A stretch of 64,000 bases of DNA from the human T2T-CHM13v2.0 reference genome, Homo sapiens, in the NCBI RefSeq assembly GCF_009914755.1, contig NC_060932.1; one strand, given 5' to 3'. Positions 34,120 through 52,189 of the stretch are shown here, piece after piece (within the stretch, counting starts at the first letter, position 1; the number at the start of each line of letters is the position of its first letter). Below the pieces are notes generated by a model. That model searched no databases, had not been told where the DNA came from, and worked only from the letters and a program-made list of their open reading frames with translations. The position numbers and the translations under genes are program-made.

Positions 34120-34360
34120 TACATGAGAACACAGGGGCTTAGGAATTAGACACATCTGAGTTTGAATCCCAATTCTGCCACTTTTACTAGTTCTGTGACA
34201 TTAAACAGGTTAGTTAAGGTCTCTAATCCTCAGTTCTTCATCTGTAAAATAGGCCCCACAAGACTGTTAAAGATTAAATGAGATAATATATGCAGTATGT
34301 CTTTGCACATTTTTGGCAAAGAAAAAGCACTTAAAATTAATAGACATGGTCATTATTATG
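34120..34360 (+). mobile_element. MIR
   Basis: tctgagtttgaatcccaattctgcca...cctcagttcttcatctgtaaaat core. Confidence 0.8.
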
Positions 34361-34490
34361 AATATCAAATATTTTTAAATATGTCATACCATTTTTTTTA
34401 ACAAAACCAGATTTATTTTTCATGACAGTATAACTTCATCCTGAAAACTAATGTGCTAGAGAAATAATTGGAAACATTTAAAATATTTCA

Positions 34491-34739
<249 letters not shown>

Positions 34740-34773
34740 TCAGTATGAACCAAAGAAATAAATTAGCCACTCG

Positions 34774-34886
34774 TAATCTAAAAATTAGATTAATGTTATG
34801 TGTACAACCAATATTCCCTCCCAAAAGAATTGCTTAAGGGAGGGAATATTTGTTATACATATAACATTGATCTAAGTTTTAGATTA
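34774..34886. repeat. Inverted repeat: 49-bp arms, 15-nt loop
   Basis: Arms 34774-34822 and 34838-34886; 44/49 complementary by manual count. Confidence 0.92.
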
Positions 34887-34967
34887 TGCAGAATTCAATG
34901 TTCACTTTGAAAAAATTTAATAAAATAGGGATATGGGAGACATAAAACCCTATAAAAAGGTTACATA

Positions 34968-35252
34968 CGGTGGCTCACGCCTGTTAATCCCAGCACTTTG
35001 GGAGGCTGAGGCGGGTGGATCACCTGAGGTCAGAAGTTCGAGACCAGCCTGACCAACATGGTGAAACCCTGTCTCTACTAAAAATACAAAATTAGCTGGG
35101 CGTGGTGGCGCAGGTCTGTAATCCCAGCTACTTAGGAGGCTGAGGCAGGAGAATCACTTGAACCCAGGAGGCGAAGGTTGAGGTGAGCCGAGATCATGCC
35201 ATTGCACTACAACCTGGGCAACAAGAGTGAAACTCCGTCTCAAAAAAAAAAA
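34968..35252 (+). mobile_element. AluSq/Sp, slightly 5' truncated
   Basis: Alu body plus A tail. Confidence 0.92.
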
Positions 35253-36884
35253 GATTGATTACTCTTATTGTTATGGGTTAGGCATATTTTTACTCTTCAG
35301 AGCTGGGATGTGGGATATGCTGGATCCCTCTTATGCTGAAACTCAGACGCTGAACATAGCATAGCTCCTCAGTCATTAAATTCTTAATTCCCTTATTAAA
35401 GTAAGCTGAGAAAGAAAGATGAAAAGCAAAGTACACAAAGTCTTAATGCAGTTCCTTCAAAACTTAACATACAAAATAAAGCTGAATTTCCAATGTCACC
35501 AACTTGCCAAAGCACAAGTAAAATTAAACTACCATTAAACTGTATTAAGATTAAGGTCCAATACGTATCGGTCAATTTCCTAATTTATGCTATCGAGTTA
35601 AGGAAGATATTTAGAAGACAGAACATTCTGTTCTTTCAACTTTAGGACAAACAAGAAACAAAGATTAGTGGTTCTTAAATGTAGGCACTTATGAATCACC
35701 TGGAAACTAGGTGAAAGTTTTTTTAAAAACTGCACATACATGGGGCAGAATGCTCTGTGTCCTAATGCAATTCAGTACAGCAGTGCTAATCTCTACAAGC
35801 ACCACTTTGTAAGGAATTACAATAGAAAAGAGATAGGAGCATGGGTGATAGAAAAGACAGGAAAAAGGGACATGGGATTATTGTTTCCTGGGATATCGCC
35901 ATAAACTATTAAAGAAATGTTTGCTCTGAAACAACCTGATATGACTTCAAGAGAAATGAACGACTGGGAAGAAATTAAAATTTAATAGACACTCCAGACA
36001 AATAAGATCTTAGTCTACAATACCATAACTACAAGCACAGGCTGGCAAACTCGAGTCTGAATGAGAGACTAAATTACAAATGATGGATAGCTGCTTTCGC
36101 AGACCAAACAGATAATGGTTGGAAAAAAGTATGCTTGTGAATAGGAAACTAATGACCATGCAGTACAGTATGAAAGTTAGATAAGAGAAAAATACTATAA
36201 TGAAGAAAGCTGCATGGCTGAGGGAAATGCTGAGCAAACTATTTGTACACCTAAAGAAAAGGGGAAAAGCACTAAAAGCTTCCAAATATAACAGAATCTA
36301 CCCTTGTATGGGAGTTACTAGATATTAAAGACTGAGATAAACTAAGACAATATAATCAGTACGATATGAGCTTTTAAGAAACATCTTCTTTCATGTCATA
36401 ATACAACTAAGTATGAAACAAATAATCAAAGTCTAACACAGTCTTATCAGAAAAACAGGAAACAACTCCAAATCAAATACACATGAGGAACTAAGCGAAA
36501 TTTAGGGAAAATTCTGTATGCTTTCATACAGTCATTGTAATAAAGACAATATGAGACACATGATTCAACAGAAAGGCAGCAACCAGCCTGAACTTGGTTA
36601 ACAGTTAATACAGATTATATGGAGAGAACTACAAACAGGCCCCTGTAAAATCTAACTGTAGGAGATACACAGCCATAGTCAATTCAATGCAATAAAAATA
36701 TACTCAGTCTCTACTATGAGCCAGAAGCTGCCAGAGACCAGAAATAAAAAGATGAATAAAACTAAAAGCCTAAAGTGAAGAGCTTATAGGCTACAATGTA
36801 AATATCCTGAAAGGTCCCCCTGCTGCCCTAGCATGGGATGAAGTTAACTGTTAAAATGAATACAGAGCTCAAGATAATGGGCGA

Positions 36885-37319
<435 letters not shown>

Positions 37320-37565
37320 TTACATCTTGCTGGATGTTGGCAGAGAGACCAGGCCCTCCAGTCTGGATGACGTCAATGAGCTTTGGCAAATTCCATGAAA
37401 AGAACTGTCAAGCTGACAACTTCCATTACTATTTAATAATCATGCCAGAATTGTTCAAAAGAACACATCAGACTAGAAATTCTAATGGGCATGCATAATG
37501 GGATTATAATAATTCTTTAATGTTTAAGACATTAGTATCTCTTATACGTTAAAAATAATGTGTAA

Positions 37566-37925
<360 letters not shown>

Positions 37926-38676
37926 TGAATTTTTGACAAAAAAATCAATATGGAATTTATTTCGTGTTCACTTAATTTAGGACTCAAAATATCTTATTTC
38001 AAGAGACCAAGTATATGGCTAATTGAACAGAGGAAAATCTCTGTAGGAATATTTGCGACTCTTACTTTAGCTGACTGAAGTTACTTACTCAAAAGAGTGA
38101 AACTAAACAAGGAGCCTCCTGGTTATCTTTATGGAGTTGAATGAAAGCAGGAACTTGAGAAGCCTAGTAAGGAGACGCTGCCATAGTAAAAAATGATGCT
38201 TAGGAGCAAGGGAGCCTGTTAGAACACGTAGAAAGCTCTGGGCACCTTTCAGTGTAAACCACTCTATGGTCAGCCCAGCATTGACGTCAGTCTCTTCCTC
38301 TCTCCCATGCATCACCCTCTCTCTATTTCTCCCTCTCTCCTCTTCCTCCATTATCTTTTCCTCCCAATTTGTTGGGGCTACCCATTGCTCATTGTTATTA
38401 AGTGCCTCAAACTTAAATTTTCCCAGCATCAGTCAGGAGACCAAACAGGTTAACGTTAGCTGAATGAAAGGGCATCAAGAATCAGTTAATTAAATGCAGG
38501 AGGACCACAAATCTGTACCTTAATGGGTGTAATACTTAGATATAGGGCAGGTCTGAGGATTAGGAATCTTTTTAAAATGGGATGAGAGTTGAGGAAGTTT
38601 CTCAATGGGTCTTGGAAAAGTATTAATGCCAACATTTTCAGTTTAAATATTTGTCAGAAATAAGTCTGCTCATTCA

Positions 38677-38677
<1 letters not shown>

Positions 38678-38712
<35 letters not shown>

Positions 38713-38713
38713 C
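38678..38713. repeat. (AAC)n microsatellite
   Basis: Seen directly. Confidence 0.95.
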
Positions 38714-39070
38714 GCCTGGACCACTACATCCAACTGAATCTTGTTTTTTAAAAAAGGTATATATTAAATACGTCATACACTTAGAAGAATTAGATCCTTT
38801 ATTTGTGGCTAATCTTGTAGCCCTCAACACCAACACAGGATTGCATGCACAGCTTTGGGGGACAGACACAGGGCAAAGAGGTTAAACATGAAGCATGAAC
38901 CTCAGATTTTTGTTACGTAAATAAATCATCAATGACCAGCATAGTATGAACGTTTATGGATTAGTTGTCATGATACATTTCCAACTGCATGACCAGAGAC
39001 TGTGCTTTCTGTTGTATAAGCAACCACAGTCCTTCTATCAGGTTGAATAAAAGTTTTTAACTAATGGGAG

Positions 39071-39873
39071 TGTAGTATTATGATGTATATATTGGTTTTC
39101 ATCCACAGTCCCAGGCTAACTCCTATATCCCTTGTTACAGTCTTTTATTAAAACGTTGGGTGTGTTAGGCCTAAGGAAACAATCTCTCCAATATTCTCCT
39201 ATCCTCCTTTCACCTGTTTCAATCTTCCCTGGCCTTTCTGACTGTGAGTCTTAAGACTCTCCCCAGAGAGGGTCTTGCCCCATACCCTGGGGGAATCTGG
39301 GGGAAGGAATGCTGACCTCAAGAAGCTTTCATAAAAACCCAAGAGGACTGGGTTCTGGGTGCTTCCACATAGCTTAACATGTAGAGTTTCTTGGAGGGTG
39401 GCGTCCCAGGGAAGGCATGGAAGTTCTGCACCCCTTCCCCCATACCTCACCCTACACATCTCTTCATCTGGATCCTTTGCAATATCCTTGATAATAAACT
39501 GGTAAATATAAGTGTTTCCCTGAATTCTGTGAGCTGCTCCAGCAAATTAATCCAACCCAAAAAGAGGGTCCTGGGAACCGCAACCTGAAGCTGGTCGGTC
39601 AGAAGTTCCAGAGGCCAGGACTTGTGACTGGTGTCTGGGTTTTGGGGGCTGGGAGGCAGGTTTAGGAACTGAGCCCTTAACCTGTGGGGTCTGACACTCC
39701 CTCCAGGTAGACAGTGTTGGAACTGAATTAGAGGACACCCAGTTGGTGTCCACCGCTTGGTGTGTTGGGAGAAACCCCTCCACACATTTGGTCACAGAAG
39801 TCTTCTGTGTTGATGACTGCCATGGTGGTGTGAGAGCAGAGGGAAAACACAGTTTGAGGGTTTTTCCTACACA
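39071..39873 (+). mobile_element. MER21-type solo LTR (ERVL class)
   Basis: TG...CA ends; TSD gggag/gtgag; AATAAA at 39493. Confidence 0.8.
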
Positions 39874-39954
39874 GTGAGCATCCACAAATTTAAACAGTAT
39901 CTTTAATGAGCTAAAATATTCCAAATCTCTTAACACAAGCCACTAGTATAATTC

Positions 39955-40300
39955 TGATATGGTTTGGCTGTGCCCCCACCCAAATCTCATCTTGAATTGT
40001 AACTCCCACAATTCCCATGTGTTGTGGGAGGGACCTGGTAGGAGGTAGTTGAATCATGGGGGTGCTAATTCTCATGATAGTGAATAAGTCTCAGGAGATC
40101 TCATGGTTTTAAAAAGGGGAGTTTCCCTGCACAACCTCTCTTGCCTTGTCTGCTGCCATGTGAGATGTGCCTTTCACCTTCGGCCGTAATTGTGAGGCCT
40201 CCCCAGCCAGGTGGAGCTATAAGTCTAATAAACCTCTTTCTTTTGTAGATTGCCCAATCTTGGAATGTCTTTATCAGCAGCGTAAAAACAGACTAATACA
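39955..40300 (+). mobile_element. THE1 solo LTR
   Basis: TGATATGG...ACTAATACA; perfect TSD aattc; AATAAA at 40227. Confidence 0.93.
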
Positions 40301-40574
40301 AATTCTTACTGATACTTGTATTCTCTTTTAATCACAAAATAGAACATTTCCCAGAGAAGAAAATACTATTTCAAGAAAATACTCCAAGAATGTTTCTGGT
40401 CATCCTAAAGTGATGTTAACAATGACTTCTTTATGTAAAAAATCCCTTTCTCAAACTCATAAACTATGTAAATATGTATGATAAATATTACCTTCTGTGC
40501 TAGAATAATAGATAATAAAAGATATAATCAAAAATAATACAAAAAGGTCAAGAATGCATCAGAAAACTTCTTTA

Positions 40575-40982
<408 letters not shown>

Positions 40983-41289
40983 TTATGAAAGTCTGCATGA
41001 TACGGCCATCTGAGAAATGACTTAACTTAAAAATTACAGAATTTATTGATTAAATCAGAATCATTGCAACAAAGCTGCCAAACTAACCCTGAGAGCATAT
41101 TTGTACCAGATCTTTGAGAAACTACTTCTTGGCTAGAAGAATTCGTAATCATCAAAATCCCTCTATCTTGTGTAACCACGAATACAAGTTAGTTTCAAAA
41201 TGTCTTCCCAAAGCTTGAACTCTCTCGGCTCTTTATAAATAACTACAGAACTGGCCTAAATTTCAGTTAATTAACAAATATGTGATCTA

Positions 41290-41598
41290 GACTGGGTGCG
41301 GTAGCTCATACCTGTAATCCCAGCACTTTGGGAGGCTGACGCAGGCAGATGACTTGAGGTCAGGAGTTTGACACCAGCCTGGCCAACATAGTGAAACCCC
41401 GTCTCTACTGAAAATACAAATATTAGCCGGGCATGGTAGTGATTGCCCGTAATCCTTGCTACTCAGGAGGTTGAGGCAGGAGAATTGCTTGAACCCAGGA
41501 AGTGGAGATTGCAATGAGCCAAGATTGTGCCATTGCACTCCAGCCTGGGTGACAAGAGTGAAACTCTGTCTCAAAAAAACAAAAACAAAACAGAAAAA
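41290..41598 (+). mobile_element. AluS
   Basis: TSD acaaatatgtgatct. Confidence 0.92.
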
Positions 41599-41794
41599 CC
41601 CCACAAATATGTGATCTGAGTATAAACCCGTGATTTTTAATTAGGTGAATAATTTCATAATACCATACTCTTAAAAATTTTTGTCCAGAGATAATTTCAA
41701 AACACATACAAAAAGTTACAAAAATAAATAGTATAAAGAACACTCTATTCTCAGATATGCATTGTTAACATTTGTCTTATTACTTGCAGTATAC

Positions 41795-41797
<3 letters not shown>

Positions 41798-41839
<42 letters not shown>
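41798..41839. repeat. (TG)n microsatellite
   Basis: Seen directly. Confidence 0.95.
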
Positions 41840-41840
<1 letters not shown>

Positions 41841-41903
41841 CACACCTAATTCTTTTTTCTGAACATTTGAGGGTAGGTTATAAGCACTCTAGTCCTTCAC
41901 CTC

Positions 41904-42266
41904 TGTATTAGTCTGTTTTCAACGCTGCTGATAAAGACATACCTGAGACTGGGTAATTTATAAAGAAAAAGAGGTTTGATGGACTCACAGTTCCATGTGG
42001 CTGGGGAGGCCTCATAATCAGGGCAGAAGGCAAAAGCCACGTCTTACCTGGCAGCAGGCAAGGGTGAATGAGAGCCAAGCAAAAGGGAAACCTCTTATAA
42101 AATCATCAGATTTCGTGAGACTTATTCACTACCACGAGAACAGTATGGGGGAGAACTGCCCTGATGATTCAATTACCTCCCACTGGGCCCCTCCCAGAAC
42201 ACATGGGAATTATGGAAGCTACAATTCAAGATGAGATTTGGGAGGGGACACAGCCAAACCATATCA
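41904..42266 (-). mobile_element. THE1 solo LTR, same orientation as PDE7A
   Basis: tgtattagt...ccatatca (reverse complement of the THE1 ends); perfect TSD acctc. Confidence 0.93.
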
Positions 42267-42622
42267 ACCTCTAAACACTTCAGTGAATAACACCATAACT
42301 TAATACATGTTCCTATTATAAACAAGGTGAAAGTGAATGTCTTTGCACATACATTAACATTTATATATGATGACTCCATTTGCATACATTTCTAGTGGTG
42401 AAATCAAAGAGAAAAAAAGTTTAAAGGTGATACATATTACCAAACTGCCCTCCAGAAAGCCTGTAACAATTTGAACTTCTTCCACCAGCTCCTTAGCTGA
42501 TTGCCTAAGTTTCTAAATTTGATAGGAATTTGTTTAGATGTGAGGTTTAGCATTGTTTCTTGTGTTTAATGTGTTTCTGTGCTCAACTGATTTTCTTCTT
42601 TTGCCTCTTCATACCCTTTCAG

Positions 42623-42930
42623 AAAAGACTCGTTAAAGTCAGAACCTGCTGGACAAGAAGGCCTATGGCAAATCCTACTGAAGATAAATTTATAAGCCTT
42701 AAGAGAATAAGGACTATGACAAAAACAATCCAAACCACAATAATTCATGGTAGGAAATATTGTGGCATCTACATAATAAAATGGTTGAGGTCCTTCTTTT
42801 GTTAATTTTGAGGCCTATAATTGCTCCTTAACTGGTCAGGTATCTTAGATATCAGCTGGCTCACAGGAGAATGTATCTTCATAATATAAACCCAAACGTT
42901 GCTTATAATAAACTGTACATATAAAAAATC
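42623..42930 (+). CDS. Putative antisense terminal exon (KRLVKVRTCWTRRPMANPTEDK...SFFC*, stop 42803-42805, AATAAA 42907); probably an alternative last exon of neighbouring MTFR1
   Basis: Long polypyrimidine tract ending cctttcag| at 42622, 60 open codons in phase 0, then a poly(A) signal. The MTFR1 link rests on recalled locus organisation only. Confidence 0.5.
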
Positions 42931-43181
42931 TTAAAAGAAAAGTTCAATATTGCAATATAGATGTCTAATTTCTAGGTAAATTTAGTAAACAGAATATGTT
43001 CAACATGGAGAAAATCACACTCCAGAAATAAGTTAAAAATATTTCAACATCTAAAAAAAAATTCAGCAGCACCCACAGATACAGCACATAGAAGAAATTA
43101 AAAAATTATGAATAGTTTTAATAAATAACACTAATATCATATGTCTTTAACCTGTTGATATCGATCTCCCTCTATATTTTA

Positions 43182-43631
<450 letters not shown>

Positions 43632-44397
43632 TTAGGAGAATACCAGAACAACCTCAGACAGTGGTGATAAATGACTGGTTCAAGGAGAATAAGAGATAAC
43701 GAGGCAGAAAAGAGATGAATAGAATAGGCTATGTAAGCATACAAAAACCCAAAGGATTTAATGAGACTGGATTTAAGCAATGAAAGAACAGAAAGAGACA
43801 ACAATTTTACAACAGGGAAATTAACAGTGAGTTTAGGATAAAAGTAAACAGGTGCAGAAAATAAGTGGGTTGAGGAGCTGTAAGCAGAGAACATTCTAGC
43901 TTTAATGAATTTAATACACATATCCAGAATTTTGCAATCAGAACACCTAGAAACTATTTTTATTTCAGCATGCATGTAAATTTTTGTATCATTAGGGAAA
44001 ATAGTCTTATTTTTAATTCTATACAAGGTAGAGGGCACATTATAGTCTTTCAAAGCTTCAGTACCTCTGAAGGTTTAAACACATCCTGCAAGGTTGCTTT
44101 AGTGTTTGTATCTTTGCCAAGTCTGAGATTATAGGAAGTGAATGGGTTTGTGGCATAAATCACAAATTCCTAATCCAAGGAACTTCACAGGGAAGAAGAG
44201 GGGTAAAAAAGGACAACTTTGCCTCCAGGTAAATAAACTACTGATATCTTCAACTAGTGCAAGGGAGAAAGGAAATACCCCACAAGGAAGAAACCTTAAG
44301 ATTCATAACTGGAAATAAAAGAAGGATAATCCTCCTGGTCATTAAGTCCAAGGCAGCTCAACTTTACTGTGCATAAACTCAAGCCTAGGGTTAAACT

Positions 44398-44694
<297 letters not shown>

Positions 44695-46174
44695 TTAAGA
44701 AAAAGTTTTGTAAGCTAACTCCTGCAGAGAACAAGTTCAGGCTAATGTTTAGGACAATCAGAGGAGTCAGTGGAAGAAGGGAAGGCCTGAAGATGACTAA
44801 CAGATTTTAGTCATAGCAGGAGCACGTGCTCATTTCTCTGATTAGATCACATTTCACAAAACACACTAGATTACAATTTCAAAAAGAATTCCAAGCTGTG
44901 TGATAAGCAGAACCTATTATAAGCAGCAAAGAATAATGCATTTTTCTCTATTAAAAAAAACTCCTCTAAATTATATTACCATGGTGGCTTAAAGAGACAT
45001 ATTCTTGTTTTGTAATAACTATAGGACCAAGTCTATAGCAAGAGTCCATTTTCAACTACAACTTACACATTTGTCACCTTTTATGAACAGCATGATGAGA
45101 TCGAGAGGATAATCTGCTGCTCTTAACACTGAGCTGCCTCCAGTGTTCTAAATACCATACTACAAAGCTTCCACATCACTGGATCAGGATATAAGTATAG
45201 ATACCAAAACCTCAAGCCCGGTTCTGCTTCATATTAATTTGAACCATTTTTTTGTCATTAAGTTTCATTTATTATCCAATTTGACCTTCTTTATCTCTTA
45301 AAAGGAATATTTAACCCATTTATCTTTATTACTAACATTGATATGTTTGGTCTTCCTTCTCTTGTCTTTTAGATTTATTTTATTTGCTCCTGGTTTCCTA
45401 GTGATTTAGATAGTACATATCCTATTTTAATTTCATTAGAGATACTTCTAACAATCTAATCATTTTTAATGTCCCTCTCCCACTAAAACGTCCCATTATG
45501 CCCCTATTTAAAACTTCTAACAGTTATATTTTTCGAATTCTCTTATTTTACTAAATTCAGTGAATGTTAGGGGGTAGGCTGGAGACTCCAAATACAATTG
45601 TACATTTCTTTATACAAATATCAATATTTAGACTTAACTCTTTTACTGATTTCCTTACCCACAGCCAATCCTTATTTATTGCAATACCAAAACATACTTT
45701 TACTTAAACTTTCCAATGAGCAATACGTTCACATGAGTCAAAATTCAAAAGGTCTACAACTAAGTTTCTTTCCCCTCCCATCTCCTCAAGCCACCCAGTT
45801 TCTATCCTGGAAGCAACCAATGTTATCAGTTTCTGCTACGTTATTGCAGAAAAACTATGTATTGAATCATCCTTGCTTCCTTTTCTAAAACAACCCCACT
45901 ATCGCTGAAGTATTACTCTTTCGTGCTGTTGGAAATCCTCATGCTAATAAATATTTTTAAAAGATTTTTTGTACTGACATTTATAGTGAGAATATTATAA
46001 AAAGTTATATTTGCTTTATAAAATTACTCTGAATGGTTCCCTCTTTATAATCAGAAAGTTTAAAGAGCTTTGAAACTAATCATCAATCTTTTAAAGATCT
46101 TAAATAATTTGCCTATAAAATTCTCTGGCCCTCAGGCTTTTAGAGAGATAACTCTTACACAACTTTCTCTAACA

Positions 46175-46668
46175 TATTGGTTCTCAGGAGTCTTTCGCAC
46201 TCTTAAAAATTATTGACAACCCAAATAACTTTAACTTTATATGGGTTATAGCTATCAATATTTACCACAGAAATTAAGTATTTACCATAGAAATTAAATT
46301 TTTAATATTTAAATATTTAGTTAATTTAAAAATATATAAAACAAAATTTATTTGAAAATATCTAATGGCTAAATATTGTTTAAATTTATTTAAAAAATTT
46401 ATTACTATAAACCCATAACATGTAACATAAATAACATTTTTATTAAAAATAACTATATTTTCCAAAACAAAGAAAAATTTAATGAGAAACGTCCGGCTGT
46501 TTCTCATATCTGCTAATACACTGAATTTACTGAGACATCACACATCATGCAGCCTTGGAAAACTCCACTGTATCCTTGAGAGAGAATAAAAGCAAAAAAG
46601 GCAAATAACATCTTAGTATTACGATGAAAATAGTTTTAACCTCACAGACCGCACTTTAAGTACTGCTG
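46175..46668. mobile_element. Charlie1-type hAT fragment inside an old L1
   Basis: cactcttaaaaattattga...atgggttata...; ends gaccgcactttaagtactgctg. Confidence 0.65.
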
Positions 46669-46669
46669 G

Positions 46670-49700
<3,031 letters not shown>

Positions 49701-49724
49701 TTAATTACTTTTTCAAAACATTTT

Positions 49725-50450
49725 GTGCCAGATTACAGATGGGAGATTAAAAAGGTTTTGACCTTGCATCCCTTTGACAACCAGGGTTGGGAGAGGGCTG
49801 TGTCTTCCCTCCATGACCCTGAGCAAGCTGTGTGACACAGCTCATCAACAGAATATGGAAATGCGATGTTATGCCAGGGTCTGGGCCCAGATCTTCAGAC
49901 ACTATGAGTCCTCACACTTCCTCTTTCTTGAAATGCTTGCTCTGGGAGAAAGTAGCTGCCATGTAATTAGTCCAACTACCCTAAGACTTCCCTGAGACTG
50001 CCATTTATGGAGAGAGAAAAATGTTGGCACCACACCTAAGAGTGCAGAAGCCATCTTGGAGGTTCCAGCCCTGGAAGATGACATGAGATGGACCAAGGCC
50101 CTGGACATAAGGCTCCAGTGTCACCATCCCAGCCATTTTTAAGCTGTCTGAACCATTCCAATCAAAGACCAAGACACTGTAGAGCACAAGCAAGCCAAAC
50201 TTGATATATACCCTGACTGAATTCCTGATTCTCGGAATCATGAGCATTAAAAATAGTGGTTATTTTATGCCAATAAGTTTTGGGGTCATTTGTTACTGGG
50301 AGAGGTAATCCTCCTCCGAGGCCCCGAGTGTCCCTACACATTCTTACTGATGTCTCAAGAATACAAAGCCCTGACTACTCTCTGCCTAGGACATGTCCCA
50401 GGGCTCTGTTTGCAGCTAGCAAACTTAAGGGATGAGTAACATCTCTGTCC
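49725..50450 (+). mobile_element. MLT1 LTR (to ~50296) followed by an ERVL LTR fragment (MER76-like)
   Basis: MLT1 end ggttattttatgccaataagttttggggtcatttgttac, then gagtgtccctacacattctt. Confidence 0.55.
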
Positions 50451-51383
50451 TGCAGGTGGCAAGAAACATGAGTCACAGATCACATTAATGTATTCGGTGA
50501 GTGAGATATTTCAAAGTTGGGATTTATTTCTAAGACATAGCACTTTAGGATTCCAACCGAAGCCTGAATGGTTTACCAGCACCAACCTTCCAGCCTTGCT
50601 GGGCTCTAAACACCTGTTTTTGTTTCTCTATCCCTAAGTGTCCATAAAAAGCTCTGCCCATCTTCTAATCCACCTTTCCCAGAATCAGTACATGCTATTA
50701 AGAAGAAAAGTGGCCTGAAGTTCTGGACTTATCTCTCTGCCTCAATAGCATTCAGATACATTTGAATACATACATGTCTTTTACATTTTGAATAGTTTTC
50801 TCATTTTTTAGAGCATCAATCCAAATTACTTTAGCTAACATTACTGAAAGTGGAACTCCTCCAGAAACAGATTTAATATGTTTAATATTTAAGGTGTTTA
50901 GAAGTTCTGTTTTTTCCCCTTTCCCTCCACTATAGGCCAAATCCACAAAGAATGCTTGTTTTTGAAATAGGCATTCTACCAAGCATCTTTAAAGGTGATA
51001 TACATTTTCAAATAAACCTAAAAGATAAGTTAAACTACTGAAATACCTTTATAAAATATCATTTGCACAAAAACATTTCAGTTGAAGTAGTGAAGACTAA
51101 CCATTTGGAATAAAACAACTTAAAAAAATCTTTTTAAAGAAAAAAAAGTAATAAATTAGAGGAGAAGAGAAAAGCTATATCAACTTTCATATTTTAGTAT
51201 CTTCCTCTTCTAATTGTCTCTAAGTATTTACTAAGATTACCTAGAAATAGTGTCATTTACATGACCTAGGTTTTAAAAACATTCCAAACATAATAGAGTT
51301 TTTTTTCTGGTATTCTTTTTCCCTTGGAAAACTGTGTAATTTTATTAAAATTTGTAGTGAAAATCCGAGAAACTTCATGTCTA

Positions 51384-51488
<105 letters not shown>

Positions 51489-52189
51489 TCAAGAATAAAA
51501 CATAAGTTTAGAAGGTTGTCATTCGGGAAGAAGCTTCCATATGCAACAAAGGTCCGTGTGGTATCATATTCATAAGTAACAGCCCACTGATCATATATGT
51601 GGAACAGGTAGTTAAGAGCTGATTTATTCAAAAGGGTTCACAAAATCTCAGTAATTAATTGTAAGGCTGAATGAGGAGGATTTTTTTTAAATCTACCCCT
51701 ATAATAATTATTATAATCTATATTTTAATAAGTTAGCCTTCTGAAAGAGGATTCAAGTGTATGATAAGATGACCTAATATATTATTCACATGGGCAACAT
51801 TTTTTTTTTTTTAAAAAAAGGCCATTGGGAAGCAATATCTGTTTTACAGGAGGTTGAAAATCCTCAGCACAAAACTTTAGAAAGCTGCAGAAAGAAGCAA
51901 CATATTTATTAAGAGCCGACTCTGTGCCTAGCACTATACTATGGGCTAAAAGGGATATGAAAAATGGAAAATACATTACTTATTTTTAAGCAGTTTACAA
52001 TTTCATAGATGTGTAAAAACTTAAAATGTTAAAGACTTTGTTTTAAAGTCAATCTGATTAATCACTCTTTTCTCATTGACAGTGGGTACATCCAAGGCCT
52101 TTAGCTGAGTCTTAAACTTTGGTCTTTGGAAGCTCAGTGTCGTTCCTACATGTGCCCACATTACTTCCAGATTTATTTTTCTATACAGC

